NCBI GenBank assembly: GCA_964016885.1
Contig: OZ024747.1
Location: 39,866,001-39,930,000, forward strand
Direction: 5' to 3'
Length of the DNA: 64,000 nucleotides
Source of the DNA: Eledone cirrhosa
Lineage: Eukaryota
Numbering within the stretch: position 1 is the first letter of the stretch; every line of letters starts with the position of its first letter. Positions 13,371 through 26,900 of the stretch are shown here, piece by piece. The position numbers and the translations under genes are program-made. The notes under the pieces were generated by a model that saw nothing but the letters and a program-made list of their open reading frames with translations, ran no database searches and was not told the origin of the DNA.

Positions 13371-13408
13371 CCTTTTGAAAAGCAGAAGAACTGCGAAACC
13401 GGTAAAGG
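13371..13408 (+). ncRNA. Minimal type I HHR, U3-A8 core variant
   Basis: CCUU-UUGAAAA-GCAG aagaa CUGC-GAAA-CCGG-UA-AAGG; stems I and II pair perfectly; palindromic stem III. Confidence 0.7.
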
Positions 13409-13539
13409 AACCAAATAAATATATATATTTAAAAAAAAAATAAGACGTCAGTTGCATTTTCGATTTCATCTCTTTTTCTTTATACTTTCACTCGTGTAGG
13501 ACACCTCGGTTATTTTTCATTTTGTAAAAAAAACCTCAC

Positions 13540-13598
<59 letters not shown>

Positions 13599-14942
13599 CA
13601 AATAATGAAACGAAATTAAATTTCGTTTCGTTTGTAACTCAATTTTGTATGACTGACGCTTAAACAATTAAGTTAAGAATGTACATCCACATATGTATAC
13701 TGAAATACTAGTATGCATATGAATACACACACGTATACATATGTAGATGTACCGAGTTTTTCACTGGTCACTTTACTGTGAGTGTCCAGCTATTCCGTAT
13801 GTAAACACACAGACAAACCGGTTTTTAGAGTCATACTGGTTTTTGAGGAAACACCTTTCCTCTATTCTCCAGAAAGCCAGACAAGGAATGTTGAACTAGT
13901 TTCGATGTTGTTACATCTCATCAGCAATATTTACCTATCTTCCGGCCTTTCTAGAGAATCGTAAAAGCACATATCGTTATATGCTTTTTCTATGAAAATT
14001 AGTAGTGGGCAGACTAATTTGCATAGAGCGTGAGTACGTACCGGTTCAACGGAGACGATAAAAACAAATAACGAAACGAAATTTAATTTCGTTTCGTTAT
14101 TTGTTTTTATCCTCTCCGTTGAACCGGTACGTACTCACGCTCTATGCAAATTAGTCTGCCCACTACTAATTTTCATAGAAAATGCATATAACGATATGTG
14201 CTTTTACGATTCTCTAGAAAGGCCGGAAGATAGGTAAATATTGCTGATGAGATGTAACAACATCGAAACTAGTTCAACATTCCTTGTCTGGCTTTCTGGA
14301 GAATAGAGGAAAGGTGTTTCCTCAAAAACCAGTATGACTCTAAAAACCGGTTTGTCTGTGTGTTTACATACGGAATAGCTGGACACTCACAGTAAAGTGA
14401 CCAGTGAAAAACTCGGTACATCTACATATGTATACGTGTGTGTATTCATATGCATACTAGTATTTCAGTATACATATGTGGATGTACATTTTTAACTTAA
14501 TTGTTTAAGCGTCAGTCATACAAAAGTGAGTTACAAACGAAACGAAATTTAATTTCGTTTCGTTATTTGTTTTTATCGTCTCCGTTGAACCGGTACGTAC
14601 TCACGCTCTATGCAAATTAGTCTGCCCACTACTAATTTTCATAGAAAAAGCATATAACGATATGTGCTTTTACGATTCTCTAGAAAGGCCGGAAGATAGG
14701 TAAATATTGCTGATGAGATGTAACAACATCGAAACTAGTCCAGTATTCCTTGTCTGGCTTTCTGGAGAATAGAGGAAAGGTGTTTCCTCAAAAACCAGTA
14801 TGACTCTAAAAACCGGTTTGTCTGTGTGTTTACATACAGAATAGCTGGACACTCACAGTAAAGTGACCAGTGAAAAACTCGGTACATCTACATATGTATA
14901 CGTGTGTGTATTCATATGCATACTAGTATTTCAGTATACATA

Positions 14943-15127
14943 GGGCGGTGGATTGGCACTATCGGTAGAGGGTCGGACGCCATGCTTTCAAGCATAGTTA
15001 CGTCCCTTTACGATCTGAGTTCAAATCCCGCCGAGGTTGACTTTGCCTTTCATCCTTACGGGGTCGATAAAATAAAGAACCAGTAATGTACTGGGTAATT
15101 GCTGGCCTTGTGCCTAAAGTAGAAACA
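14943..15127 (+). mobile_element. Full-length tRNA-derived SINE with 18-bp TSD
   Basis: A-box-like TGGCACTATCGG, B box GAGTTCAAATCCC; TSD AGTATTTCAGTATACATA at 14925-14942 and 15128-15145. Confidence 0.9.
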
Positions 15128-15371
15128 AGTATTTCAGTATACATATGTGGATGTACATTTTTAACTTAATTGTTTAAGCGTCAGTCATACAAAAGTGAGT
15201 TACAAACGAAACGAAATTTAATTTCGTTTCGTTATTTGTTTTTATCCTCTCCGTTGAACCGGTACGTACTCACGCTCTATGCAAATTAGTCTGCCCACTA
15301 CTAATGTTCATAGAAAAAGCATATAACGATATGTGCTTTTACGATTCTCTAGAAAGGCCGGAAGATAGGTA

Positions 15372-15416
15372 AATATTGCTGATGAGATGTAACAACATCG
15401 AAACTAGTTCAATATT
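15372..15416 (+). ncRNA. Type I HHR of family F (best copy)
   Basis: AAUAUUG-CUGAUGA-GAUG uaacaa CAUC-GAAA-CUAG-UU-CAAUAUU; 7-bp stem I. Confidence 0.9.
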
Positions 15417-15637
15417 CCTTGTCTGGCTTTCTGGAGAATAGAGGAAAGGTGTTTCCTCAAAAACCAGTATGACTCTAAAAACCGGTTTGTCTGTGTGTTT
15501 ACATACAGAATAGCTGGACACTCACAGTAAAGTGACCAGTGAAAAACTCGGTACATCTACATATGTATACGTGTGTGTATTCATATGCATACTAGTATTT
15601 CAGTATACATATATGGATGTACATTTTTAACTTAATT

Positions 15638-15718
<81 letters not shown>

Positions 15719-15823
15719 TTTATCCCGTTGTATATATATATATATCCGTATGTAGTGGCGATAGAAAAGAGTACTCAGTACCGAAGTAGAGTTTGAAAGT
15801 TCATTTACTATGGCTAAATAGTG

Positions 15824-15878
15824 AGTCTTGTTACTCTGGTGTTTCACCTGCGCTCACACATGATCATCAGACAAGACT
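15824..15878 (-). ncRNA. Type I HHR (family M element 15745-15915)
   Basis: AGUCUUGU-CUGAUGA-UCAUGUGUGAGCGCAGGU-GAAA-CACCAGAG-UA-ACAAGACU. Confidence 0.6.
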
Positions 15879-17167
15879 GTCTCTACTATTTAGCTTAATA
15901 AATGTAAATATTCTATACACAGGGTGCAAGAGAGGCGCAAGTTGCTGAATATATTGTTTTAATATATATCCTTATATAAGAACGGCAAATATTTTAGCGA
16001 CTTATTTCAGACGAACGCATTAACATATTACCGGAAAGTGTGCGTTTCATTTCACAATGCCTTATCTTTCTCTTTTCCCTAGTCACCATATCCTTTAATA
16101 CTCTGTTATGGTGTAGAGATGAGAGATATTATGAATTGTCTCAGGCAAACGCAATCGTAGAGAATAATGACATTTTATGGTATATTTAATTATTTATCAA
16201 TTTTAGTTTACTTAATTGAATTTAACTATTTTAATTTTCAAAAATCAGCTATCATTTCATTACTTTGTATGAGAACCATGGACTTAACCTCTGTAACATT
16301 ACCTAAATCTCACCAAAACTGACAAAAGTATACTTCCAAAATTACTCTTAACATGACAAGAAAAACTGAATAGATGCCAGAAATTGTGTAGACGCTAGGT
16401 GATCATTTCCTGCAGCGATTTGATTTTGAAATATGTCAAATTTCATGCTTTTCAATTTGAATACATTTTCATTTGTCGATTTAGATGGCCAAATACAGAT
16501 GTAACAATATACACACCTAATTAGAATGTAATGATCTGATTCTGACCCGCTTCGTAGAAACAATAGGTGTTAATATATATGTAGCATGACAAATAAACAT
16601 GGATGCTAAATCTTAATTTTTGCCGGCTAAAGGTCTCAATATCCCAAATATATCATGCTTAATATAGACTTTGTATAATTTTATATTTATCCCGTTATAA
16701 TATGACAGTGTAGAAGACATTATCATCATCAAATATATGTTCATTGTTACCAACACCACCAGGGTGGTGATTGCTATAATGGCTACCGCCTTGGACAGCA
16801 TAACATATAGCATTTGCTATTGTTCTTTAAGTACAACCTCCACCCAGGAAAACTTAGCTTTTCATCCTTATGTAATCGATAAACTAAAATGCCAGTTAGG
16901 ATATGGGATCGATGAAATGAATTTTCACCTCACCCATATAGCTGGCCTTATGTCTAAATTAGAAACTATTATGAAATACATCACCACCACTGACATTATC
17001 ACCCTCAAACACTGTCACCGTCACATCCATCATTATCAACCTCATTGTGATAATCATCATCATGTAACAAACACGTACAACAAATTATCCCATCATCATT
17101 ATTGTTATATTCATCATTATCTCTAACCTTTAACTAACCTAACTCAAACATGCCAGTCTTTAAAAAC

Positions 17168-17355
17168 ATCACCATCCAACACCACCATCTAACACCACCA
17201 TCGAACACCACCATCCAGCACCACCATCTAACACCACCATCCAACACCACCATCCAGCACCACCTCGTACACCACCATCCAGCACCACCATCTAACACCA
17301 CCATCCAGCACCACCATCTAACACCACCATCCAACACCACCATCCAGCACCACTC
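17168..17355. repeat. 13-bp minisatellite (AACACCACCATCY)
   Basis: About 14 imperfect tandem units. Confidence 0.85.
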
Positions 17356-17926
17356 GTACACTGTTGTTATATTTATCATCACCATCATGATACTTACCAA
17401 CATTACCGCTCTAGACAATTCATTGTCATGGCCGCCTTATCCTGTACCACAACAGATTCTGACAAATACATCACCATTACTGCTATCAATAACACCACCA
17501 CCAACAACCATAACCACAAATACAACCAGCACGTTATATATCTACATATCCAACACCAACAACAATATCATTTTTATTCTACCCTCTCATCTCATCATTA
17601 TAACAACTAACTTAAACATCAATATCATCATTACTATTAAAAACATCCCAAATACCACAAGCAGCACCTACACCACCACCACCACCACCACCGCCACCAT
17701 CACCACCACCACCACTACCGGCACCACCACCACCACCACCACAACCACCACCACCACCAGAATGAACATCATCATCACGATCACCATTTAATCAAAACCT
17801 GAAAAATATGAAGAAATAAAAGAGGTGAGACATGGTTCATCGTTAGTCAGTCAGAATTCTCTACATAGAGAGCGTATGCATGTATATATATATATATATA
17901 TATATATTTGTGTGTGTTTGTAAATA

Positions 17927-18001
<75 letters not shown>

Positions 18002-18574
18002 AAATAACAAAGCAGAAATGAAAAGGAGGAACATTTATTTTAATGCGTGCAAGGCTTTGGTTTTGCCTTCCAACCTTTAAAGCTACAATCCACCTTCCGT
18101 GTTTTTGATTATATACAGTTGCCTTTCTTGAAACTTCTGTTTGGTAAGTAACAGGTAAATGTCAAAGAGTGAACTTTACATGAGAAGTAGAATTTCTCAG
18201 AGATTACACCGTTTATTTATTTTTTAACATTATGTTTGTATTCGTAATTTCTTCAGTATTTATTCTTTAATTTTCTTTTTTTTTTTGGCTTTTTTTTCAT
18301 CTTCTGTTTTTCATAAACGGCCACTCTTCTGAGATATATAATGGTTATATATACACAATTTTATGAATGCATTCATGTCCGTGTGCATGTAAGTACGCAT
18401 ATATGTATGTATATATGTAAGTATTTATTTATATATATATGTGTGTGTGTGTGTTATTATGTTACCTGACACCTGTCTGCACACTATGATTTAAGAAATG
18501 GTTTTTTATAATCGCTGTCTCTCTCTGGTGGTGGTTGTAGTAGTAGTAGTGTGAGTAGTAGTAGTAGTAAGTAA

Positions 18575-18619
<45 letters not shown>

Positions 18620-18656
18620 CAGCAGCGGTGGTGGTGGTGGGTAGTAATAGTAGTAC

Positions 18657-18688
<32 letters not shown>

Positions 18689-18689
18689 A

Positions 18690-18741
<52 letters not shown>

Positions 18742-19639
18742 TAGTTCGTTGTGTAAGTTTAATTTCACGAACTGAAACTTTCTTTATTTTACGTAAATCT
18801 ATCTACTACCTTTGAGCCAATGAATGTATATATTTTGTCGACAGCGTCTGAATAAATGTATGTCAATAGAGTGACATGAGAAGTAAGTGATTCCCGAGGT
18901 AAGGCAATGAAGATATACTGTGATAATTGGATGCTCTTGGCTTAGTGAATTACTTTATTTGACAAAGTAATCATGCTCTTTATATGTTCAACTAAATAAG
19001 ACATTGTGTGCCTGAGATGAACTGCATGCAAAAATTTAGTTTTATCGATCTTAAATAAAAACATTCCATAATGAGCCGATTCAGATATTTTCTTTTTTTT
19101 TAGTTCGGTAAATTTTCGTTACATGCGCTCTCGCTAAGAATATGGAATATTTTGTGGAACACGTTGAATCAGTGGCTGTCATTTCCTGAAAAACGCTAAA
19201 TCAATGACTTCATGTATTTATATCTATTCGTAGATTTCAATCCAATGATAGCACCAATCACCCCCTACTATTAACACAAGAGCCGCATATTGTATTTCTC
19301 TTTGAGACAAAAAATACTCGTCTTTTCTCTCTGGGCCATATTTTAGTTTAATCTTATGGCATTTTATTATACAATAATTGAAAAGAAAAGCAGATATATT
19401 CAATAAACAAAATCTCACAATGTCGTCAAAAAACATTCACATTATATGGAAATAATTGAGCGGTATCTTGTAAAAACAAAACAAGGAACAAAAAGGGAAG
19501 AAAATGTGGGCAATAAAAAGAAGAAAAAGGGGATCAAGGAAAAGGAAAAGAGGAGGGTCACACACTACACCCAAGTATGAGCGGTACATCAGCCGCACTC
19601 TGTGGATAAGTACAGAAAAATCATTAGAGTATTGCCAGG

Positions 19640-20085
19640 GTGTGTACACTTGTTTCGTATTGGGTTATGAGTGCGACCCAAACGACCTGTTGTTGAAGGT
19701 TGTGCAGGAATATGGGATCGGTAGACAACTTCTTTTTGCCCCATGTCTCTATACGAATGCCCTAGACTTTGTGTTCGGATAAATGGTGCTAAATTATGCA
19801 GTATGGGTGTCAGTTTCTGCCAAGGGTTCGTACTGTCACCTCTCTTATTCATAATTTTCATGGACAGGAATACCATACGCAGTCGATTTGGAAGTGATAG
19901 TAAGACTGACGAATGGAAATTGCTGGGATTTGCGGACGTTAGAAGGTGATGTTCTTTATAGGTTTGATGCCGAGTGATGCACGGCAGGAATGAAAACCAG
20001 TGCTTCAAAGACTGAGACACTCGTCCTCTCAAGGATGTCTACGCAATGCACACCTTGAATGTGAATGAAGTTCCACTGATACGTT
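19640..20085 (+). pseudogene. Decayed non-LTR reverse transcriptase fragment (RTE-like)
   Basis: VRING...QGFVLSPLLFIIFMDR...LLGFADV...MKTSASKTETLVLS. Confidence 0.7.
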
Positions 20086-20489
20086 GTTGCAGAAGAAGAA
20101 GAAGAAGAAGAAGAAGAAGAAGAAGAAGAAGAAGAAGAAGAAGAAGAAGAAGAAGAAGAAGAAGAAGAATTTTTAACAAAACTGATGAACTTGATGTAAA
20201 GAAGGTATATCATTATAGAAAAATACAAATTCCTCCGAATATTGTATCATTATTCCAAATATATTCAAGGATCTATTACTTGATTTACAGATAACATTAA
20301 AAATAGCAAGGACAATGTTAGAATATTTTGCTGGGATAATTTATTTCAATATTGTTTGGAGTGATCTCGTAAATGAATTTTAAAAAAATGAATTTTGTAT
20401 GGAACACAATTAAAATTAGCAAGTATATACTCTTTGATAAGACACACGTGCACTCACTCACATGCACAACCGTATATATTGTATATACT

Positions 20490-20596
<107 letters not shown>

Positions 20597-20649
20597 ATGT
20601 TTGTTTGTGTGCATAGAGAGAGAGAAAGAGAGAGAGGGAGAGAGAGAGA

Positions 20650-20712
<63 letters not shown>

Positions 20713-20793
20713 GTGAGAAAGATTTATTTATGAACAGATAGCAGATAGATCGATAGATAGATAGATAAATAGATTAAATAGATAGATATGGAA

Positions 20794-20902
<109 letters not shown>

Positions 20903-21307
20903 ATTAATACTAGAAAATGCGGAGCAACCAATTCCATTTTCTACATTCGAACAACAATAACTTATCTGTCATTAATGGAAATTAAAGATTAAAGCTTCGA
21001 AATGGAACTCAGCGCCGGGAAAGTATATATGCGGCAGATACAATTATAGGGGAATCTCCGCACAATTTCAGCAGATGCAGGAAAATATAGGTGTTTGGTC
21101 AGCAAATGATAAATCTTGATGGAATAACTTATGATCAATACATTTGGACGTTCAATAGATTTTGACAAATTGATATCTTCGTAAGTGTATAAATGTATCT
21201 GAAGTATATATGAGGAAGGGACGTATAACTGACACACGCCCCCACACACATACGTACATATACATAAACACACACATGTACACACACACAAACACACACA
21301 CACACAC

Positions 21308-21372
<65 letters not shown>

Positions 21373-21670
21373 CAACCCTATTTTTTACTTTTATAATTTT
21401 TATTTTTTTATTATTTTTATTATCTTTTATTATTGATGTTATTGTTTTCCTTCACTTGATTCTCCAATGTATCTATAAATACCAGTGTCATGTGTTACAC
21501 TCTCCAGTATTCCGATGATTTGATCACAGACACGCACAGTATTTAAGGTCGAGTGACGCAATTTCGAGTGCTCAGCGGCCTTTAGACTCACCTGATCAAT
21601 GAAACAATTATTAATACTGTAAATAAAACCTTTTTTGTACAGCCGACCATGTTATTCTTTACTCTTTCAC

Positions 21671-21789
<119 letters not shown>

Positions 21790-21845
21790 AAATTTGGTGG
21801 TTTACCACTCGGTAGAATTTGTAATTCTGCAAAGTTAATCATGAC

Positions 21846-21918
<73 letters not shown>

Positions 21919-21920
<2 letters not shown>

Positions 21921-24289
21921 TATGGTAGCTAGGATGCGTCCATAGGCGGTATGCCGGTTGAGCACTCTATGCTCCTTCGGAGCAGAGTATGATAAAATGG
22001 AAAACGAAGAATCAGTGAAGAATCGGAACTCAATTTATTACGTATTACAAATGTTTCTCCGGCGAACAGCTCGAGGCGCGATCTGAACCTGACTCTGGAT
22101 TCGCAAGTTCCTCAGATACGTCTAGTGATCTCGAAGCAAATTCTCTTTCTGCTGGACTCCGACCGTTCGAGTCTATATCATCTGTTTTCATCCTGTTTCC
22201 GCGGCCCTTAGATTGGTCGATGGTTCGTGACGGCATCATAGTGCTTGACCACTGAAATCTGGCCACTGGCCATCTCCATTCAGGCGTGAGCTGTCACTCA
22301 CCCCAATCCTATCGCCAATTACTGCTGTGTGTAGTCTTTATTAATTCCCATACCAATTCTTTGCTTGCCAGCCTCCCTATACATATACACCCACACACAC
22401 ATGTGCTCACACCTATATAGAGGCATTCCGAGCCGTGCACTTATCTGTGTGGACCTACACACACTCACACACACTCACTCACACACACACACACACACAT
22501 AGAGCTTGCGTGCTTGCTTTCACACATGTACATACATACACACACACATATGCGCCCCATATGCATATGCTTACATATGCATTTATTGAAGCCTACTCTA
22601 ACACACACACTCACACACACTCACACACACTCACACACAGACACACACAGACATACTCGCGCGTACTTTTATATGCGCATACACACACATACATTTATAC
22701 ATATATACCCACACACACACGCATTTATGCACTCACACCCAGACAGACACACACACACGTAGGCACATATATGAAAATAAACTGTATAAAAATATTTGGT
22801 TCTGTACATCGAAATATTACGTGGGGAGATACGTGCAAGGTATGAAAAAAGTACATATGGGGAATACGTCAGTGAACGCATACAACATCTTACATAACGG
22901 TGTATACGTATATGGAGACACAGTTTGATGCACGTGTTGACATAGTTGGCATTATGGTGCTAACGTGAACTAATCCACATATAGAAACCTTAAACAAAAT
23001 TACATATGGGAAGCTCATAGGAATAATGTAAAGGGTATATCCAAAATATATATATAAAAAATACATAAAGAATATAGAAAAAATATATTAAAAAATGTAT
23101 AAGAAATATATTTTTTTTAAATATATATATAAAAAAAATACACATTGGGTTGTACATGAAAAAATACATAAAGTGTTACATAATGGAATACGTAGTGAAA
23201 ATACACATACTACTTAAAAAATACATATGTAGGGAGTGCGGGAGAACAGCCTATAATGGAGTAGGTTATTGTGGGTGAAATAGAGTGCCTTAGTAATGTA
23301 TTATACGGGATTGATTATACCCATGGAAATTGAGCCACCGTGTCTTGGCTCCTGCAACGGCGGTGTTTAAGATGAGGTGCAGAGTCTAATGGGCAGCATT
23401 GATTGTGTCTACCAACACCACAGGGCATACATAGTCATCAAGGTATGGTGTCGGTTCCCATGGACCCGCGCCGCCACCCCGACTGACGTCCACTGCCTCG
23501 GACAGGCATAGCATGCACTTCCTCTCGCCGGCCGAATATGCACTGGCACGTTGAACGATACTCCAGTTGAGATCATTCGGGGTGCCGGTATCCTTCAAGT
23601 CCTATATTAGGTCCGCCAATCTAGTGGAGTATCTCTTGCTCCGGTCCTTGAAAGAGTTTGTGTGATTGTATATCCTCGATTTAAAGGTTGTGGATGCTGG
23701 TGCGCTTAGTGATGTGCGTGTTAACCCCACATGTATAGATAACGCCCTCATTAGGCATCTTCCCTGCAGAGGGCATTGTGTGCCTACTCTGCAGTTGCAG
23801 GTTTGGTCGTTAGGTTGCTCATTCCTTACGCTGAGTCCTGGCCTTATTACGGCATTCCCCCGATTCTCTGGGTGTCGTTCTATCGGTGTGGTGGTCTCCT
23901 TCCAGTCATTCAGTTCCACCTGGTAGTCGAGTACTGCGTCTTCCACCGGTGTGCCGTCTACTGTGGGGACCGGATCATAGTTGATAACCCTGCTTCTATG
24001 TGGTCCTCCAGCCCCCCCCCCCGGGTCGTCGGCGCCTGCCGTAGTTGGCGGTCGAGTTTCCCCAACTTCACCGCATTGGTTTGGGCCATATAGTCTGCCA
24101 TGTTAGGTGCGGTGGAGAAGGAGAACTTCACTGTATGGCGGTTGAATATCCTGTGGTATCTGTTCGATGGCGGGAAGCACTCGTCCAACGCTCTGAGGAA
24201 GAGGCCTGGCACATTGTTGCATACATGCTTCGAATACGGCACGTTAAACCACGTAAGTCTTAGACCTTGTCCTACTCTGTCGTCTGTGT

Positions 24290-24334
<45 letters not shown>

Positions 24335-25474
24335 ATGTGCGGTGGGTGAGGTATCCCCCCGGGTTGTGTCTACCCGATAGTTCATCCCCTATGTTACGGC
24401 TATTTATATATCTACCATCTGCGTCCGGATTACCGTTCGCTTATTAAAATATTCTGTTCTATATTGTCGGCCCTACTGGTCCCGTTAATGTTATCTGGTG
24501 CTATTGTCGGGGCTATGCCTATGCTATTGATCCGGGTGTTCCCTCAATCTGGTTCCACGTCCAGAGCTGCCTTTACTCTGTCACTAGTTCTAGTTCCCCC
24601 GTCTCGTAGTGTGTCTGTATTGAGAATCTGCCTGCGTGTACGATGTGGTCTATCGTCCGCGTGTGCCTTCGTCTGTCTTAGTGTCAGTTTTGTGTCCTTC
24701 CGGTAATCTATATTGCTAGCCCTATTCTTAGATGCGAGTTCCAGAGTGTTCTGCCTACCTATGGAGGTACTATTGCTATCCTCGTATGCGTTTTCCTTAC
24801 CGCTGGGCCTTTGCCTGTGTGGGATGTACACTATGGTTTCTGTGTAACCGGCCCTGCGCAGTGTCGCATTATAATAATCGGCGTGCTGGTTAAACACGTC
24901 TGCGTTGGCCGACAGGGTCGATAGGCGGTTGGACACCCCTTTTACTATGGCGTCTATTACCAACTTGGGTGGTTCGAGTGCCTGTTTACATATTGCAGGT
25001 TCTCGTTGAGCTTGTGATAAGGCCGGTGTATGCCTGTATTCAGTTCTAGAGTTACATCAAGGAAATTCATCGTCTTAGTATTAGGATCTATCAGCACGGA
25101 TAAGCCGTGCCGTTAAATAAAATGTGATATGCCCTTCCTCATACGCCCCAGCTGGTTGGGGTTTAGGGAGTGGAAAGTAAATAGTACGTCGTCTCTATAT
25201 ATTCCTCCGCCGATCCCTGGCATCTCCTCCGCTAGCCTTTGGAGGAGATATATTCCCACCATGTCCGTCACCTGCGCTGAGTCACTCGACCCCATCGTAA
25301 TATCGAAACTAGCGGTTCTGTCCCTCTTTTCCCATAATTTATTGTCGAAGCTAATTAACGTCTTTCTCGCTACTATTATGATGTTTACTTCCTCTCTAGT
25401 GAGGTTGGACTTAGCCATGGCGACCATGAGGGCCTTTTTCACGATTACTGAAGATCCGCCTCTTCGTTGCTGTA
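21919..25474 (-). mobile_element. 5'-truncated Penelope-like (Neptune-type) element, decayed RT plus GIY-YIG plus 3' UTR
   Basis: FDITMGSSDSAQVTDMVGIYLL, IYRDD, LSANADVF, NRHTVKFSFST, CNC..CPLQGRC, FKSRIYNHTNSF, CMLCLSE in broken frames; 3' end abuts (TA)n. Confidence 0.9.
22040..22121 (-). ncRNA. Type I HHR in 3' UTR of the Neptune-like element
   Basis: ACGUAU-CUGAGGA-(long stem II, GCGAA/UUCGC)-GAAA-CAUUUG-UA-AUACGU, followed by AAUAAA. Confidence 0.7.
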
Positions 25475-25892
25475 GTGGAGTCTGTGCTGCTGTACGGGTC
25501 TGAGACTTGGACACTGACCAAGAAACTCACTCAGATGGTGGATGGGTGCTACATGAGAATGCTGAGGATGGCTCTGAACATTAATCAGTATACACTGAGG
25601 ATAAAGAACTCAGAGCTGTATGGGAGCCTCCCAAAAGTAAGCTCAAAAGTGACACAGAGGAGACTGAGGTTAGCTGGACATGCTCAGCGACATCCAGAGT
25701 TGACACTGCACTCAGTGCTCCTGTGGGAACCCCTGCATGGACACACTGGAAGAGGAAGACCGAGGTTAACATATGTGATGCCCTAAGAACAGACACTAGT
25801 CTGTTGGAGACGCAGGACATGTCAGCGATAATGAGGGACAGAGACCGCTGGAGAGAACTCGTCCATGGATCTCGGGAATTTTACCCGCCCTA
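25475..25892 (+). mobile_element. RTE/RTEX LINE 3' fragment
   Basis: ESVLLYGSETWTLTKK...RMLRMALNI...RRLRLAGH...RGRPRLTY. Confidence 0.85.
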
Positions 25893-26014
25893 GATAGATA
25901 TATAGGTATATGTGTGCGTGTGTATATATATATATATGTGTGTGTGGGTGTGCAAATACACACACATACACACACACACACAGATATATATATTATATAC
26001 AGAATTTAAAATCA

Positions 26015-26900
26015 TTCCCGCCGATGTTAACTTTGCCTTTCATCTTTACGGGGTCGATAAAATAAAGTACCAGTAATGTACTGGGTAATTGCTGGCCTTG
26101 TGCCAAAACTAGAAACAATTATTATTATTAGTAGTTGAAGTAGTATTAGTATTATTAGCAACAGCTGCATCATTGAATCCTACCAGGAACAGTTTTGCCA
26201 TTTATTATACTCGGGTACATAAAATAAAGTATCAATCGACATGGCCCTTCCCCCAAAAATTGCTGTCGCGTGCCAATAGTAGAAAGAATTATTGACCACC
26301 TTCTCTGAGCGAGGTGGATTGAAGAGATCGGTAGAGCGTCTTACAAAACATTTTGTATCATTTAGCTATTGTCCTTTACGTCCTGAGTTTAAGTCCCGCT
26401 GGGATCAGCTTTGTCTGTCTTCCTTCCGAGATCGATAAACTAAAATAGCTGTAATGTACTGGGGTCGATTTTATTAACTACGATCCTAAACTCCGCCAAC
26501 CCCCACCCCAACCCAGAAGTTATTGGCCATGTTCTAGTTTTAGAAGTAATTATTACCAACATCATTCTTCCTAGAGAAGTGGACAAACAGATTCATTTGA
26601 AAGATGCTTTGCGGTATTTGTTCCAGCATATACGTTTTAAGCTTAAGTACCGCCAAGTCGAACTTTACCTTTTATCTTTCTAAAACAGCTAAAATCTGGC
26701 TCACACCTGTCAGCTCACCAGACCAGTGCCTCTCCCAGTTTCCCTGGCATGAAGCGACTGCTAGTCCATCTCAAGTTTAAACCCCGAGTTATTGCTGGTA
26801 CTCATTTTCAGCTGCATATTTTGGAGCAACGTGAAACGAAGTGTTTGACTCAATCCACGACATTATGATCGAAATTCTAACAAGTCAGGCGCCTCCACTT
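26015..26900. mobile_element. Cluster of partial and decayed SINEs
   Basis: Core ACTTTGCCTTTCATC...GGGGTCGATAAAATAAAGTACCAG at ~26030, degenerate copies to ~26680, a different SINE-like piece ~26700-26900. Confidence 0.6.

Larger units (their letters stand above)
12802..13547 (+). mobile_element. Fold-back element (family E) with HHRs
   Basis: Near-perfect ~265-bp arms (12802-13065 vs 13070-13333) plus ~210-nt extension; TA flanks. Confidence 0.85.
13594..15640 (+). mobile_element. Retrozyme-like array (family F): one inverted and three tandem 466-bp HHR units
   Basis: HHRs at 13887-13931 (-) and 14237, 14703, 15372 (+); spacings 466 and 669 (466 plus a 203-bp SINE+TSD); TA flanks. Confidence 0.85.

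Noticed and set aside
13782-13964. Recurring 60-aa ORF (MSSYSVCKH...) in family F units
   Set aside because: GTG start, antisense to the HHR, recurs only because the unit is repeated, and has no counterpart in family K.
14943-15040. tRNA-like A/B boxes
   Set aside because: Heads of a multicopy SINE with TSDs, not tRNA genes.
17150-17791. 213-aa His/Thr-rich ORF
   Set aside because: Produced by a 13-bp minisatellite and (ACC)n/(ATC)n repeats.
21480-21660. Possible host exon (minus-strand CAG/GTGAGT donor near 21590)
   Set aside because: Isolated splice-like motif without a supporting reading frame; small host exons cannot be excluded without transcript data.
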